26,830 bases of DNA, from positions 1 to 26,830 of IMG/VR virus record IMGVR_UViG_3300017776_000147; one strand, given 5' to 3'. Numbering within the stretch: position 1 is the stretch's first letter; every line of letters begins with the position of its first letter. This DNA comes from a virus (lineage: Duplodnaviria; Caudoviricetes). Below are positions 15,672 to 23,839 of the stretch, one piece after another. The position numbers and the translations under genes are program-made. The notes beneath the pieces were generated by a model, which saw only the letters and a program-made list of their open reading frames with translations, made no database searches and had not been told where the DNA came from.

Positions 15672-16892
15672 ATGAAATTCCTGAATAACATCGAGGTTGG
15701 GGCTACTCCTAACTTTACACTACCATTATCTGATGGTTCTTCTAATCAGATTTTGCAGACTAATGGGTCGGGTACTGTATCTTGGGTAGACTTACCCGCA
15801 GGTACTACAGATACAAACGATTATGTTACTGCCGCAGCATTTAATACATCAACAGGAGTTGTAACCCTAACGGTTCAAAATCAAACCGCAGTAACAGTTA
15901 ACCTAGATGGTAGATATTTAACAGCACATCCAAACATTACCGCTGCATCGAGCGTAAACAACTCAGGAAACACATACATACAAGATATAACATTAGACAG
16001 TAATGGTCACGTTACAGGACTTGCCTCTGCAGCTGTTACCTATCCGTTTAGCGATTTTAATGTTTCTGATGGTAGCACAACTAGTTCTGTCGCTGACGGC
16101 AATACAGTTACTTTTCAGTCGGGGACGGGAATTTATGTTCAAAACGACGGCTCAAACAACATAAACATTGCAATAAAACATTTAGGGCTTGAAAATCTTG
16201 CAGACCCTAACGCTGATAGAATTGCGTTTTGGGATGATTCAGCAGGTGCATTTGCTTGGCTTACAGCAGGTAGCAACCTTAGTATTACAGGAACTACAAT
16301 TAACGCAACAAATACAAATACTACATACACAGCGGGTGCAGGACTCGACTTAACGGGCACAGTATTTTCCTTGGAATCTGACCTTCGTGGAGATGTTACT
16401 TATGTGGGTAGCAGCGCAAACGACTACATTCAGTTTGATGCAGCTTCGGGGACTCGTATGGACTTTTTCGTCAATGGCGCAATAGCAGGTGCTTGGAGAA
16501 ATGATGGAGCACCTGAATTGCATTGTGATGGGGATATCATTGGATACTCTTCTACCATATCTGATGCCCGTCTAAAAAAGGACATAGAAACTATTGAGAG
16601 CGCTTCTGAGAAGGTTTCTCAACTTAGAGGGGTGGAGTACACTTGGAAAAAAGGAAGCCGCAAGGGGCAACGTGAAATAGGTCTAATTGCACAAGAAGTT
16701 GAGGCTGTAGTGCCTTCAATAGTTCGTGAAAAAAAACTTGTTTTAGTAAGCGGATTAGATGATAGTTCTGCGTCATACAAAACTGTAGACTACGAAAAGT
16801 TAATTGCATTACTTATTGAATCGAACAAAGAACAACAGGATATTATTGCTCAGTTAGAGGAAAGAGTAATCGACTTAGAAAACAGATTCTAA
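15672..16892 (+). CDS. Tail fibre with C-terminal peptidase S74 intramolecular chaperone
   Basis: SDARLKKDIETI, LRGVEYTWK, IGLIAQEVEAVVP, VDYEKLIALLIES and a terminal coiled coil. Confidence 0.9.
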   Translation: MKFLNNIEVGATPNFTLPLSDGSSNQILQTNGSGTVSWVDLPAGTTDTNDYVTAAAFNTSTGVVTLTVQNQTAVTVNLDGRYLTAHPNITAASSVNNSGNTYIQDITLDSNGHVTGLASAAVTYPFSDFNVSDGSTTSSVADGNTVTFQSGTGIYVQNDGSNNINIAIKHLGLENLADPNADRIAFWDDSAGAFAWLTAGSNLSITGTTINATNTNTTYTAGAGLDLTGTVFSLESDLRGDVTYVGSSANDYIQFDAASGTRMDFFVNGAIAGAWRNDGAPELHCDGDIIGYSSTISDARLKKDIETIESASEKVSQLRGVEYTWKKGSRKGQREIGLIAQEVEAVVPSIVREKKLVLVSGLDDSSASYKTVDYEKLIALLIESNKEQQDIIAQLEERVIDLENRF

Positions 16893-17851
16893 TGGCTTTA
16901 CAATCATCAGGTCAAATAAGCGTATCAGATATTAATACTGAATTAGGAAGAGGTGCTCAGGATACTCATGCTTTTAAAAGCGCTGCTCTTGGTTCTTATG
17001 GTGCGATAAACACAGCATCTACCGTATATCCAAATAATAGTGCTCCATTCCAAATAAGCGAGTGGTATTCATATGACCATAGCGCATCGTCGTACACCAA
17101 CTCTCACTACTTGTCGTTTACTAGAGGCGACGCATTAAGAAAAACTGCGTTTTCTTCTCCGTTCCAATTAAGCGGCTCTCAAGACCTTACAATATCTATT
17201 TGGGTTAAAAAAGGCTCTACTTCCGCTAATGAAATTTTATGGGATTTGTCTGCTTCACAATCTAATACAGCAAATAGATTTTTCCTTCAGTATCATTATT
17301 CATTAAACAGATTTGTAGCAAGACACAGAACAAACGCTACAAACTACGATAGGCAATGGTCTTTGCACGATAACAATTCATCTATAGGCTGCGGTACTTC
17401 TTCGGGGACTAAGTGGAGCAGTAGCAACAGAGGTAATGTTAATGGGGATGACTACGGTATGCTAACAATTGTATATGACGCGTCTCAATCAAATTCAGTC
17501 AATGGGTTAAAGTTGTATTGGAATGCAACTGAGGTCACATCTACTGCCTCAAATAATTCAGGAACAAGAAGCACGGCTAATGTTTTAGACTTTACGTTAG
17601 GTAACAATAATCATAACCCTACTACAACTGCAGGTGGATTTAGCGGAGATATGGACGAGGTTAAGATATTTACCTCAGCACTATCCTCCTCTGATATTAC
17701 ATCCTTGTACAACTCGGGCGTTGTTGCAGACTCTGCAAATTCATTTAGCACAGGTCTTCATACCGAATTTACATTTGACACAGACACTTCTGATTCTAAT
17801 GGTAGTTTCCCTACCGTTCAAACAAACACCGCAACAAGAACAGCGTACTAA
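16892..17851 (+). CDS. Fibre-tip adhesin with LamG/ConA-like domain
   Basis: N-terminal MALQSSGQISVSDINTELG anchor; TISIWVK and FSGDMDEVKIFTSALSSSDITSLYN LamG motifs. Confidence 0.8.
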   Translation: MALQSSGQISVSDINTELGRGAQDTHAFKSAALGSYGAINTASTVYPNNSAPFQISEWYSYDHSASSYTNSHYLSFTRGDALRKTAFSSPFQLSGSQDLTISIWVKKGSTSANEILWDLSASQSNTANRFFLQYHYSLNRFVARHRTNATNYDRQWSLHDNNSSIGCGTSSGTKWSSSNRGNVNGDDYGMLTIVYDASQSNSVNGLKLYWNATEVTSTASNNSGTRSTANVLDFTLGNNNHNPTTTAGGFSGDMDEVKIFTSALSSSDITSLYNSGVVADSANSFSTGLHTEFTFDTDTSDSNGSFPTVQTNTATRTAY

Positions 17852-17852
17852 C

Positions 17853-17883
17853 TTGTTTTTTAAATATACTTTCGGTATATTAG
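17853..17883 (+). promoter_or_regulatory. Possible variant -33/-7 promoter
   Basis: TTG (17853-17855), N20, TATATTAG (17876-17883). Confidence 0.45.
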
Positions 17884-17911
17884 TTACATAGCATTAAAAT
17901 TTAATTTAGTT

Positions 17912-18172
17912 ATGGCTAAAGCAAAAAAACTAACAAAAAAAGAACACGAAAGTCTTGTCGAGGCTATTGAATCACTTCGTGTTAATGAAAGTAAATTTAA
18001 CTCTTTTGCACGTCAGTTGGCTGATGCTCAGTTTCAGTTTAGTGAGGCTAATAGTCTGTTGAAAAATGTGCAATCAGAACTCTCTGCATTGCAGTCTACG
18101 CTTATGGAAAAGTACGGTAACGTTAACATTAACGTAGAAACAGGTGAACTAATTAAACCTAATAAAGAATAA
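17912..18172 (+). CDS. Small coiled-coil protein (possible fibre assembly factor)
   Basis: 86 aa with heptad pattern, ending LMEKYGNVNINVETGE. Confidence 0.75.
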   Translation: MAKAKKLTKKEHESLVEAIESLRVNESKFNSFARQLADAQFQFSEANSLLKNVQSELSALQSTLMEKYGNVNINVETGELIKPNKE

Positions 18173-18220
18173 TCTAAGTGGATTTTATGGTTAGTGGTTT
18201 TTACACTTAGAATACAGATG

Positions 18221-18251
18221 AGGGGGGCTTTGCTCCCCTTTTCTTTTTTTT
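18221..18251 (+). terminator. Intrinsic terminator
   Basis: AGGGGGGC-TTT-GCTCCCCT followed by a long T tract. Confidence 0.85.
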
Positions 18252-18254
18252 ATG

Positions 18255-18262
18255 TATCTTTG
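18255..18262 (+). promoter_or_regulatory. Bacteroidota -7 promoter element (probably leaderless mRNA)
   Basis: TATCTTTG, 5 nt before ATG 18268. Confidence 0.7.
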
Positions 18263-18267
18263 CATCT

Positions 18268-18558
18268 ATGGATAACAGGATAAAAAACCTACTCAAAAAA
18301 CACAGATTAGCGGGAGTCAATAAGGCTAAGCGTACACCTCGGCATCCGAAGAAGTCACACATTGTTTTGGCTAAGGAGGGGGACACGACAAAACTAATAC
18401 GTTTTGGTGAGCAGGGTGCATCCACGGCAGGTAAACCTAAAGCAGGTGAGTCTGACAAAATGAAAAAAAAACGTGCATCGTTCAAATCGCGTCACAGAAA
18501 AAATATCGCAAGAGGGAAACTATCTGCGGCGTATTGGGCTGATAAAGTAAAGTGGTAA
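18268..18558 (+). CDS. Small basic conserved phage protein
   Basis: KLIRFGEQGA...RASFKSRH...SAAYWADKVKW, a motif I recall from aquatic phages; function unknown. Confidence 0.8.
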   Translation: MDNRIKNLLKKHRLAGVNKAKRTPRHPKKSHIVLAKEGDTTKLIRFGEQGASTAGKPKAGESDKMKKKRASFKSRHRKNIARGKLSAAYWADKVKW

Positions 18559-18908
18559 TGGATAATATGTTTTCTGCATTGACCGCTTTAGTGGTTGGAG
18601 TAACATCTACAAAGGCGTTTGATTATTATTGGAGAGTTTATAGACACAAGTCTGACAAGTCTGACAATGTAATCGTCGCTAAAGACGAAACAATCAAACT
18701 GCTACAGGAAAGAGCAGAAGATTTATTGGCTGCATATAAAGGATTAGAACTGAAGCACGAAGAATTAATGAAGGAAATTGTAGACCTCAAGATGGAGAAT
18801 GCTACACTCCGCGCTGAAATCAAGTCTATGGGCGAACGTGTCTCTGACTTAGAAGCGGAAAACATAAAGTTAAAAACAATAAACGAAATCTTAAATCATA
18901 AGAAATAA
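18558..18908 (+). CDS. Membrane-anchored coiled-coil protein (holin/spanin-like candidate)
   Basis: N-terminal hydrophobic segment then a long heptad coil; ATG 18558 coupled to the upstream stop. Confidence 0.6.
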   Translation: MDNMFSALTALVVGVTSTKAFDYYWRVYRHKSDKSDNVIVAKDETIKLLQERAEDLLAAYKGLELKHEELMKEIVDLKMENATLRAEIKSMGERVSDLEAENIKLKTINEILNHKK

Positions 18909-19870
18909 TGAAGATTAAGTACAACAAAGGCGGGAAGCCAAGACGTAAGTCAAAAAGAGATATCAGCACGAACAAAACTACTTCGGCTGCTCAAAACGAC
19001 AAACAAAGACGCGTAGACCAAGGTCTTAAAGTTCGTCGTGAAGATTATGCTACAGGTGTAAAAGGTAAAGATGCGTACCTTGCTGACCAAAAAGCATCTG
19101 TTGCTAAGCGTAGAGAAATTCGTGAAGGATTCCAAAACAGAATCAGAACGATTAATCAAGACTTTGAAGCAGGTAAAATTGATGCTGCTACAAGGAGAGA
19201 ACTAAGAGCAGAACTAAGAGCAGACAAGCAGAAGTTTACTAATGAGTTAGCAGGAAGTTCTCAAGGTTACATGAGTGAAGCAGACCGTCAAGGTAAGCGT
19301 GAAAATAGAGCAATAAGCACTATAAACGTTAAGAAAAAAGATGGTAAGCGTATTACAAACTCTACTGACGAGGCTAACGCTATCCGTATGACTAAGACGG
19401 GTAAAGAGGCTAAAGAAGTTGTAGAAAGACGTGCTACCAAGCCATTGGTACGAGGCGAAAAAGATAAGCGTGATGTTTCTATAGAAGAAGCAGCAGCGAC
19501 TAAAAAGACGAGAAACTACAACAAAGGTGGTAAAGTGCCTAAAAAAGGCAAGGTAATGACTCTATCGCAAAACTCACGTCAAGAAAACAGAATGGGTTAC
19601 GTACCACCTCGCAATGCTGACGGCTCTATTAGCATTAAGGCAGACACTTCTAAATTAAGAGGTAGAGATAAAAAAGAGTTTGCTGAACTTTACGGGAAAA
19701 AATTCAACGAAGGCGGCACAGTTCCTAAAAAGCGTCCTAAAAATGCAACAAAAAGAGATTACTCTCGAGTAGACCCTGCTAAACTAAAAGGCAAGGAAAG
19801 AGAAGAGTTTATCAAAAAGTATGCTAAAAAAGGCCCGAAAAAGCCTTCTCGTCCGCAAGGATTTATGTAA
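18908..19870 (+). CDS. Lys/Arg-rich protein with three [YF]xxGG motifs
   Basis: 320 aa; YNKGG twice and FNEGG; TAATG coupling at both ends. Confidence 0.8.
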   Translation: MKIKYNKGGKPRRKSKRDISTNKTTSAAQNDKQRRVDQGLKVRREDYATGVKGKDAYLADQKASVAKRREIREGFQNRIRTINQDFEAGKIDAATRRELRAELRADKQKFTNELAGSSQGYMSEADRQGKRENRAISTINVKKKDGKRITNSTDEANAIRMTKTGKEAKEVVERRATKPLVRGEKDKRDVSIEEAAATKKTRNYNKGGKVPKKGKVMTLSQNSRQENRMGYVPPRNADGSISIKADTSKLRGRDKKEFAELYGKKFNEGGTVPKKRPKNATKRDYSRVDPAKLKGKEREEFIKKYAKKGPKKPSRPQGFM

Positions 19871-20124
19871 TGAAAAAAACAGCCTTATATTACAAGAATA
19901 ATAAAAAGGCTCGTGATAAGAAGAAAAAGTACGACAAAGCGTATAACGGACTTAATCTTCACAAAATCGCAAGTCGTATGAGAGCGCGTCGCAAACTGCA
20001 AAGTAAGGGACGCGTCTCTCCTAACGACGGTATGGATGTAGACCACGTAGATGGAAACCCTATGAACAACAAGATAGGTAACCTACGTGTAATTACCAAG
20101 TCAACCAACAGGTCTAAGAAGTAA
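19870..20124 (+). CDS. HNH endonuclease (84 aa)
   Basis: DVDHVDGNPMNNKIGNLRVITKSTNR motif. Confidence 0.85.
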   Translation: MKKTALYYKNNKKARDKKKKYDKAYNGLNLHKIASRMRARRKLQSKGRVSPNDGMDVDHVDGNPMNNKIGNLRVITKSTNRSKK

Positions 20125-20972
20125 TGTCTAAGAAGTTTAAACCACATATGATGTACAAAGGCAAGAAGGCAGTTATGGCTAAAACTATGGCTGACCACTT
20201 GCGTTTGAAAAAACAAGGATATGGTCACGACAAGCCTAAGTATAAAGGCGGTGGTAAGTTGGAAAAGCCTGTAAAGGGCGGGATGCTAGACGAAGTTACG
20301 ATAACAGCTTCTAAGTCTAAAAAGCCTTTGATAAGAAGAATGACCAAAGAGGAGAAAAACGCTCCGAAGTTTATAGGCGGTAATGCTCCTATGGTTGGAG
20401 GTGCTAAGCTATTGGGCATGGGAAAGAGCGTGTTTAGTCTAGCGAAAAAAGCTCCTAGTGTATTGTCAAAAATTGCTCCCTCTGTGGCGAACGCTATAGG
20501 AGAAGGACTTGAGGCTAAAGATATAGTCGTAAAAGTAAAAAAGAAATTTGAAAATGGTGGTAAAATGCCCAACGTAAAACCTGACAACAGAGAGAAGCTA
20601 ATATCTACTTACAAAAAGGGCGGTAAAGTAAAAGAAAGTTTTGAAGGCTATGAAAAAATAGCATCTTCTAAAAGTTCAAATGCATTAATGGCTAAAAAAG
20701 CCACACATCACGGTAAGCACACTAATGCTAAATACAAGTTTACTAAAGACAAAAAGGGCAATATGCATATGTATGCTAAGTTTAATAATGGCGGTAAGGT
20801 CAAGTCTAAAGTAAACGAAGCGGGTAACTACACAAAGCCCTCTATGCGTAAAAGGCTGTTTAATGCTATTAAGGCAGGTACTAAGGGTGGCCGTGCAGGA
20901 CAATGGTCTGCACGTAAGGCACAACTCTTAGCAAAGCGATACAAAAAAAATGGCGGAGGTTACACAAACTAA
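20124..20972 (+). CDS. Lys-rich modular protein with four [YF]xxGG motifs
   Basis: N-terminal FKPHMMY module and C-terminal NYTKPSMRKRLF...GQWSARKAQLLAKRYK..GGGY module. Confidence 0.8.
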   Translation: MSKKFKPHMMYKGKKAVMAKTMADHLRLKKQGYGHDKPKYKGGGKLEKPVKGGMLDEVTITASKSKKPLIRRMTKEEKNAPKFIGGNAPMVGGAKLLGMGKSVFSLAKKAPSVLSKIAPSVANAIGEGLEAKDIVVKVKKKFENGGKMPNVKPDNREKLISTYKKGGKVKESFEGYEKIASSKSSNALMAKKATHHGKHTNAKYKFTKDKKGNMHMYAKFNNGGKVKSKVNEAGNYTKPSMRKRLFNAIKAGTKGGRAGQWSARKAQLLAKRYKKNGGGYTN

Positions 20973-21517
20973 TGGCTTTAAGTAAATCACAACAGAGTCT
21001 AAGAAAATGGACTAAGCAACGTTGGACTACGTCTGACGGCTCTAAGTCTGAGGGTAAGAAAAGATACTTGCCTAAAGCGGCTTGGAATGCCCTAAGTCCT
21101 GCACAAAAGGCGGCTACCAACAAAGCAAAGGCTGAGGGTAACAAAAAAGGTAAGCAGTTTGTTAAGCAACCAAAAAAGATTGCTAAATTAGTTAAGAAGT
21201 TCAGAAGATACAATAATGGAGGCAGTATTCCTACTGACCCGCCTAAACACTCTCTGCAGAGGCTAAAAGAAATGTCTGCTGCTATCGAAAGCCTAAAGGC
21301 TACAATAAGAGAAGAAGGAAAGACGGAGGAGCGTATGGCGGAACTAAAAAAGTTACGCAAAGATTGGGCTGAACTTAGAGCCGAGAAAAACAGAGATATG
21401 CAAAAAAGAAGAATGGAAAAAGCCTCTGAAGCGGTAGGAGACTATGACAAGGCGCAAAAGATTTTCGAGTCAAGAACTCTAAGAGAGCAAAACGACAGTT
21501 TAGATTATTACAAATAA
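20972..21517 (+). CDS. Basic protein (SQQSLRKWTKQRW...RYLPKAAW module) with helical C-terminus
   Basis: 181 aa; YNNGG separates the N-terminal module from a coiled-coil part. Confidence 0.8.
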   Translation: MALSKSQQSLRKWTKQRWTTSDGSKSEGKKRYLPKAAWNALSPAQKAATNKAKAEGNKKGKQFVKQPKKIAKLVKKFRRYNNGGSIPTDPPKHSLQRLKEMSAAIESLKATIREEGKTEERMAELKKLRKDWAELRAEKNRDMQKRRMEKASEAVGDYDKAQKIFESRTLREQNDSLDYYK

Positions 21518-21544
21518 AAAAAGGGGCGATGCCCCTTTCTTGTT
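21516..21544. terminator. Bidirectional intrinsic terminator
   Basis: AAAGGGGC-GAT-GCCCCTTT between convergent genes, with an A run on the left and T-rich sequence on the right. Confidence 0.85.
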
Positions 21545-21956
21545 ATCTATATGCTGAAAACTCATCCTTGACCTCAAATGAGGGACAAGCCTTTTTCGCA
21601 AACTCTCGGTGTCCATACACTTTAATATCTCCACCAAATAAAACATTAATAGCAGATACTAAACGTTGCATTGAAATCTTTTGTGCTTCTGTTCTTGTGT
21701 CTTTAGCGTCAATGTTTTCATCTACACCACCGATATAACAAATACCGATACTACCTTGATTTCTTCCCTTTGTGTGAGCGCCAATCTTGTCAAGCGGTCT
21801 ACCTGCTTGGATAGTACCATCTAACTTAATTACATAATGGTATCCACACCCATTCCATCCTCTGTCCCGATGCCAACGGTCAATGTCGTTAACATCAAAG
21901 TCTTTTCCTTCAACTGTTGCTGCACAATGGATTATTACTTCTTTAATATTTCTCAT
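21543..21956 (-). CDS. N-acetylmuramoyl-L-alanine amidase endolysin (T7 lysozyme/Amidase_2 family)
   Basis: IIHCAAT, GYHYVI, GAHTKGRN, SIGICYIGG and GHRE..KKACPSF zinc-amidase motifs. Confidence 0.95.
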   Translation of the reverse strand: MRNIKEVIIHCAATVEGKDFDVNDIDRWHRDRGWNGCGYHYVIKLDGTIQAGRPLDKIGAHTKGRNQGSIGICYIGGVDENIDAKDTRTEAQKISMQRLVSAINVLFGGDIKVYGHREFAKKACPSFEVKDEFSAYR

Positions 21957-22096
21957 AGTCGTCTGCCTTTAAGATATTGCTTTAGCATTGCGTTTGTCGC
22001 CCTGCGTCTTTCTTTGTATTCCTCGAAAGTCTCTCCTTCGAGTCTTGCGTTGCTCATACTTGCGTAACGCTCTTGTAAGATTTTTTCGTCTGTCAT
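21953..22096 (-). CDS. Small hypothetical protein (47 aa), not in the ORF track
   Basis: MTDEKILQERYASMSNARLEGETFEEYKERRRATNAMLKQYLKGRRL; ATGA overlaps at both ends. Confidence 0.8.
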   Translation of the reverse strand: MTDEKILQERYASMSNARLEGETFEEYKERRRATNAMLKQYLKGRRL

Positions 22097-22419
22097 TTTT
22101 CAGTCCAAATTAAAAATTGATATTCCAAACTCCCATCAAACCATTCGCTGATTACCGCTACTGAGTCGTAGTCTGAATCTATGTAGTGGTTTTCTTTTAA
22201 TCCATCATATAGTTCCACCCAAGATGAGTCAGAGTTTGCAGCAAAGTAGTTTATATATCGCTTATCTTTTTTAGTTATTGTAGAGTCCCATTCGTATATA
22301 ACTGTATGAAACGAAGAGTCCGAGGGCGCAACATTATACGAGATATTGTTCTCTATACCACCATTACTCTCAACAAAACAAATACAGATTAGAAATAAGG
22401 CATATAATAAATTTTTCAC
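22093..22419 (-). CDS. Protein with N-terminal signal/anchor sequence (108 aa)
   Basis: GTG start; MKNLLYALFLICICFV hydrophobic leader and acidic body. Confidence 0.7.
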   Translation of the reverse strand: MKNLLYALFLICICFVESNGGIENNISYNVAPSDSSFHTVIYEWDSTITKKDKRYINYFAANSDSSWVELYDGLKENHYIDSDYDSVAVISEWFDGSLEYQFLIWTEK

Positions 22420-22449
22420 TTTGATAATATATTATAATTAGTAACAATT

Positions 22450-22480
22450 CAAAGATACAGGATATTTTTGTAAAAAACAA
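22450..22480 (-). promoter_or_regulatory. Bacteroidota -33/-7 promoter for the lysis cassette
   Basis: Minus strand TTG (22478-22480), N20, TATCTTTG (22450-22457). Confidence 0.75.
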
Positions 22481-22519
22481 GTGCCCTTTGTAGTTTATAA
22501 TAAAGAAAATAATTTTTAC

Positions 22520-22527
22520 TATCTTTG
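22520..22527 (+). promoter_or_regulatory. Bacteroidota -7 promoter element for the capsid operon
   Basis: TATCTTTG(C), 25 nt before ATG 22553. Confidence 0.75.
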
Positions 22528-22552
22528 CAAGACAAACTAATTTTATTTATTT

Positions 22553-23809
22553 ATGGCTAATGAATTTGAAAGTGCTGCAGAAGACTTAGGTATTAATTTA
22601 AGTAGTACACCACCAAGTTTTTTAACAGGTGAGGAAGCATCAAACGAAGAGCAGGTAGAGTCCACCGAACAGATTAATGATGATGTTGAAGAGACTGACG
22701 TTCTTGAAAATGAAGAAATAGAATCTACTGAGGTAGAGTACATTGAAGATACTGAAGACGAGAATTACGTTGATAATACCTACGAGGAGGATTACAGCGA
22801 TGATGATTTACTTGCAGAACTTGAAAGAGAGCAAGAAGAAGACGACGCCTACTATGAAGAAGTCTTGGAGTCTGAAGATTTTTACGACGAAACCGAAGAA
22901 GATAACATCTCTGATGAGGAGTATGAAGATATGCTGTTTGAAGCCGTAGGCGAAATGCTTGGTTACGACGGAGTGTCTAAAGACTTGTTGTTAGAGAGAC
23001 TAAATACGCAGACAGAAGCAACTGAACTTGACCCACGCGTTAAGGCTATTGCAGACTTTGTTGCTGAAACGGGTCGTGACCCGCAAGATTGGTTTGCATA
23101 CCAAGCAATGAACCCATCCGAAATGGATGACATTACGGTAATGCGCCAACAACTAAAGCAACAGTATCCTGACCTGTCAGACTCTGATGCTGACTTACTA
23201 CTTGATAACAAGTACAAGTTAGACGAAGATGTACACGGAGAGCAGGATTCACGATTAGGTAAGTTACAGTTGTCTATGGATGCCCAAAATGCCCGTAAGG
23301 ACTTAGAGGGATTACGCGAGTCTTATAAAGCACCTGTTGCTCAACAGACCGCCTCTCAAGAACCTGAGGACATTGAATCGCCTATTACGGCTGAGTGGAT
23401 TGGTCAGATGAGTGCGCAGGTTGACGATATGGAAGCGCTTGAATTTAGCGTAGGAAAGGATGATACTTTTTCTTTCGGATTGACAGACTCGTATAAATCT
23501 TCCTTAAAACAAAGCCAAGCGAATTTGGACGAATACTTTGACCAATACGTTGATGACAGAGGCAATTGGGATTTTGCAAAATTAAATGTACACCGTACTT
23601 TAATTGACAACATTGAAAGCATTGTAAGCGCTGCGTACAAGCAGGGTATTAGTGCAGGAACATCAAATGTAGTTAAACAAGCGGTAAATCCATCTAATGT
23701 AACGCCAAGTTCTAATGCAACAAGTTCATCTTCGTCTGAAGAAAAGGTTCGTCAACAAATATTAGATGCCCTGCAGGGTGGCGATGATACCCTGCGATTG
23801 AAATTTTAA
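22553..23809 (+). CDS. Putative capsid scaffolding/assembly protein
   Basis: Very acidic N-terminal third and helical remainder (DFVAETGR..QDW); immediately upstream of the MCP. Confidence 0.7.
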   Translation: MANEFESAAEDLGINLSSTPPSFLTGEEASNEEQVESTEQINDDVEETDVLENEEIESTEVEYIEDTEDENYVDNTYEEDYSDDDLLAELEREQEEDDAYYEEVLESEDFYDETEEDNISDEEYEDMLFEAVGEMLGYDGVSKDLLLERLNTQTEATELDPRVKAIADFVAETGRDPQDWFAYQAMNPSEMDDITVMRQQLKQQYPDLSDSDADLLLDNKYKLDEDVHGEQDSRLGKLQLSMDAQNARKDLEGLRESYKAPVAQQTASQEPEDIESPITAEWIGQMSAQVDDMEALEFSVGKDDTFSFGLTDSYKSSLKQSQANLDEYFDQYVDDRGNWDFAKLNVHRTLIDNIESIVSAAYKQGISAGTSNVVKQAVNPSNVTPSSNATSSSSSEEKVRQQILDALQGGDDTLRLKF

Positions 23810-23839
23810 TGTTTAATGCCTAACTAAATAATATATAAA

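Noticed and set aside
19870-20124. HNH as part of a mobile intron
   Set aside because: Free-standing, TAATG-coupled to both neighbours, with no flanking non-coding intron structure.
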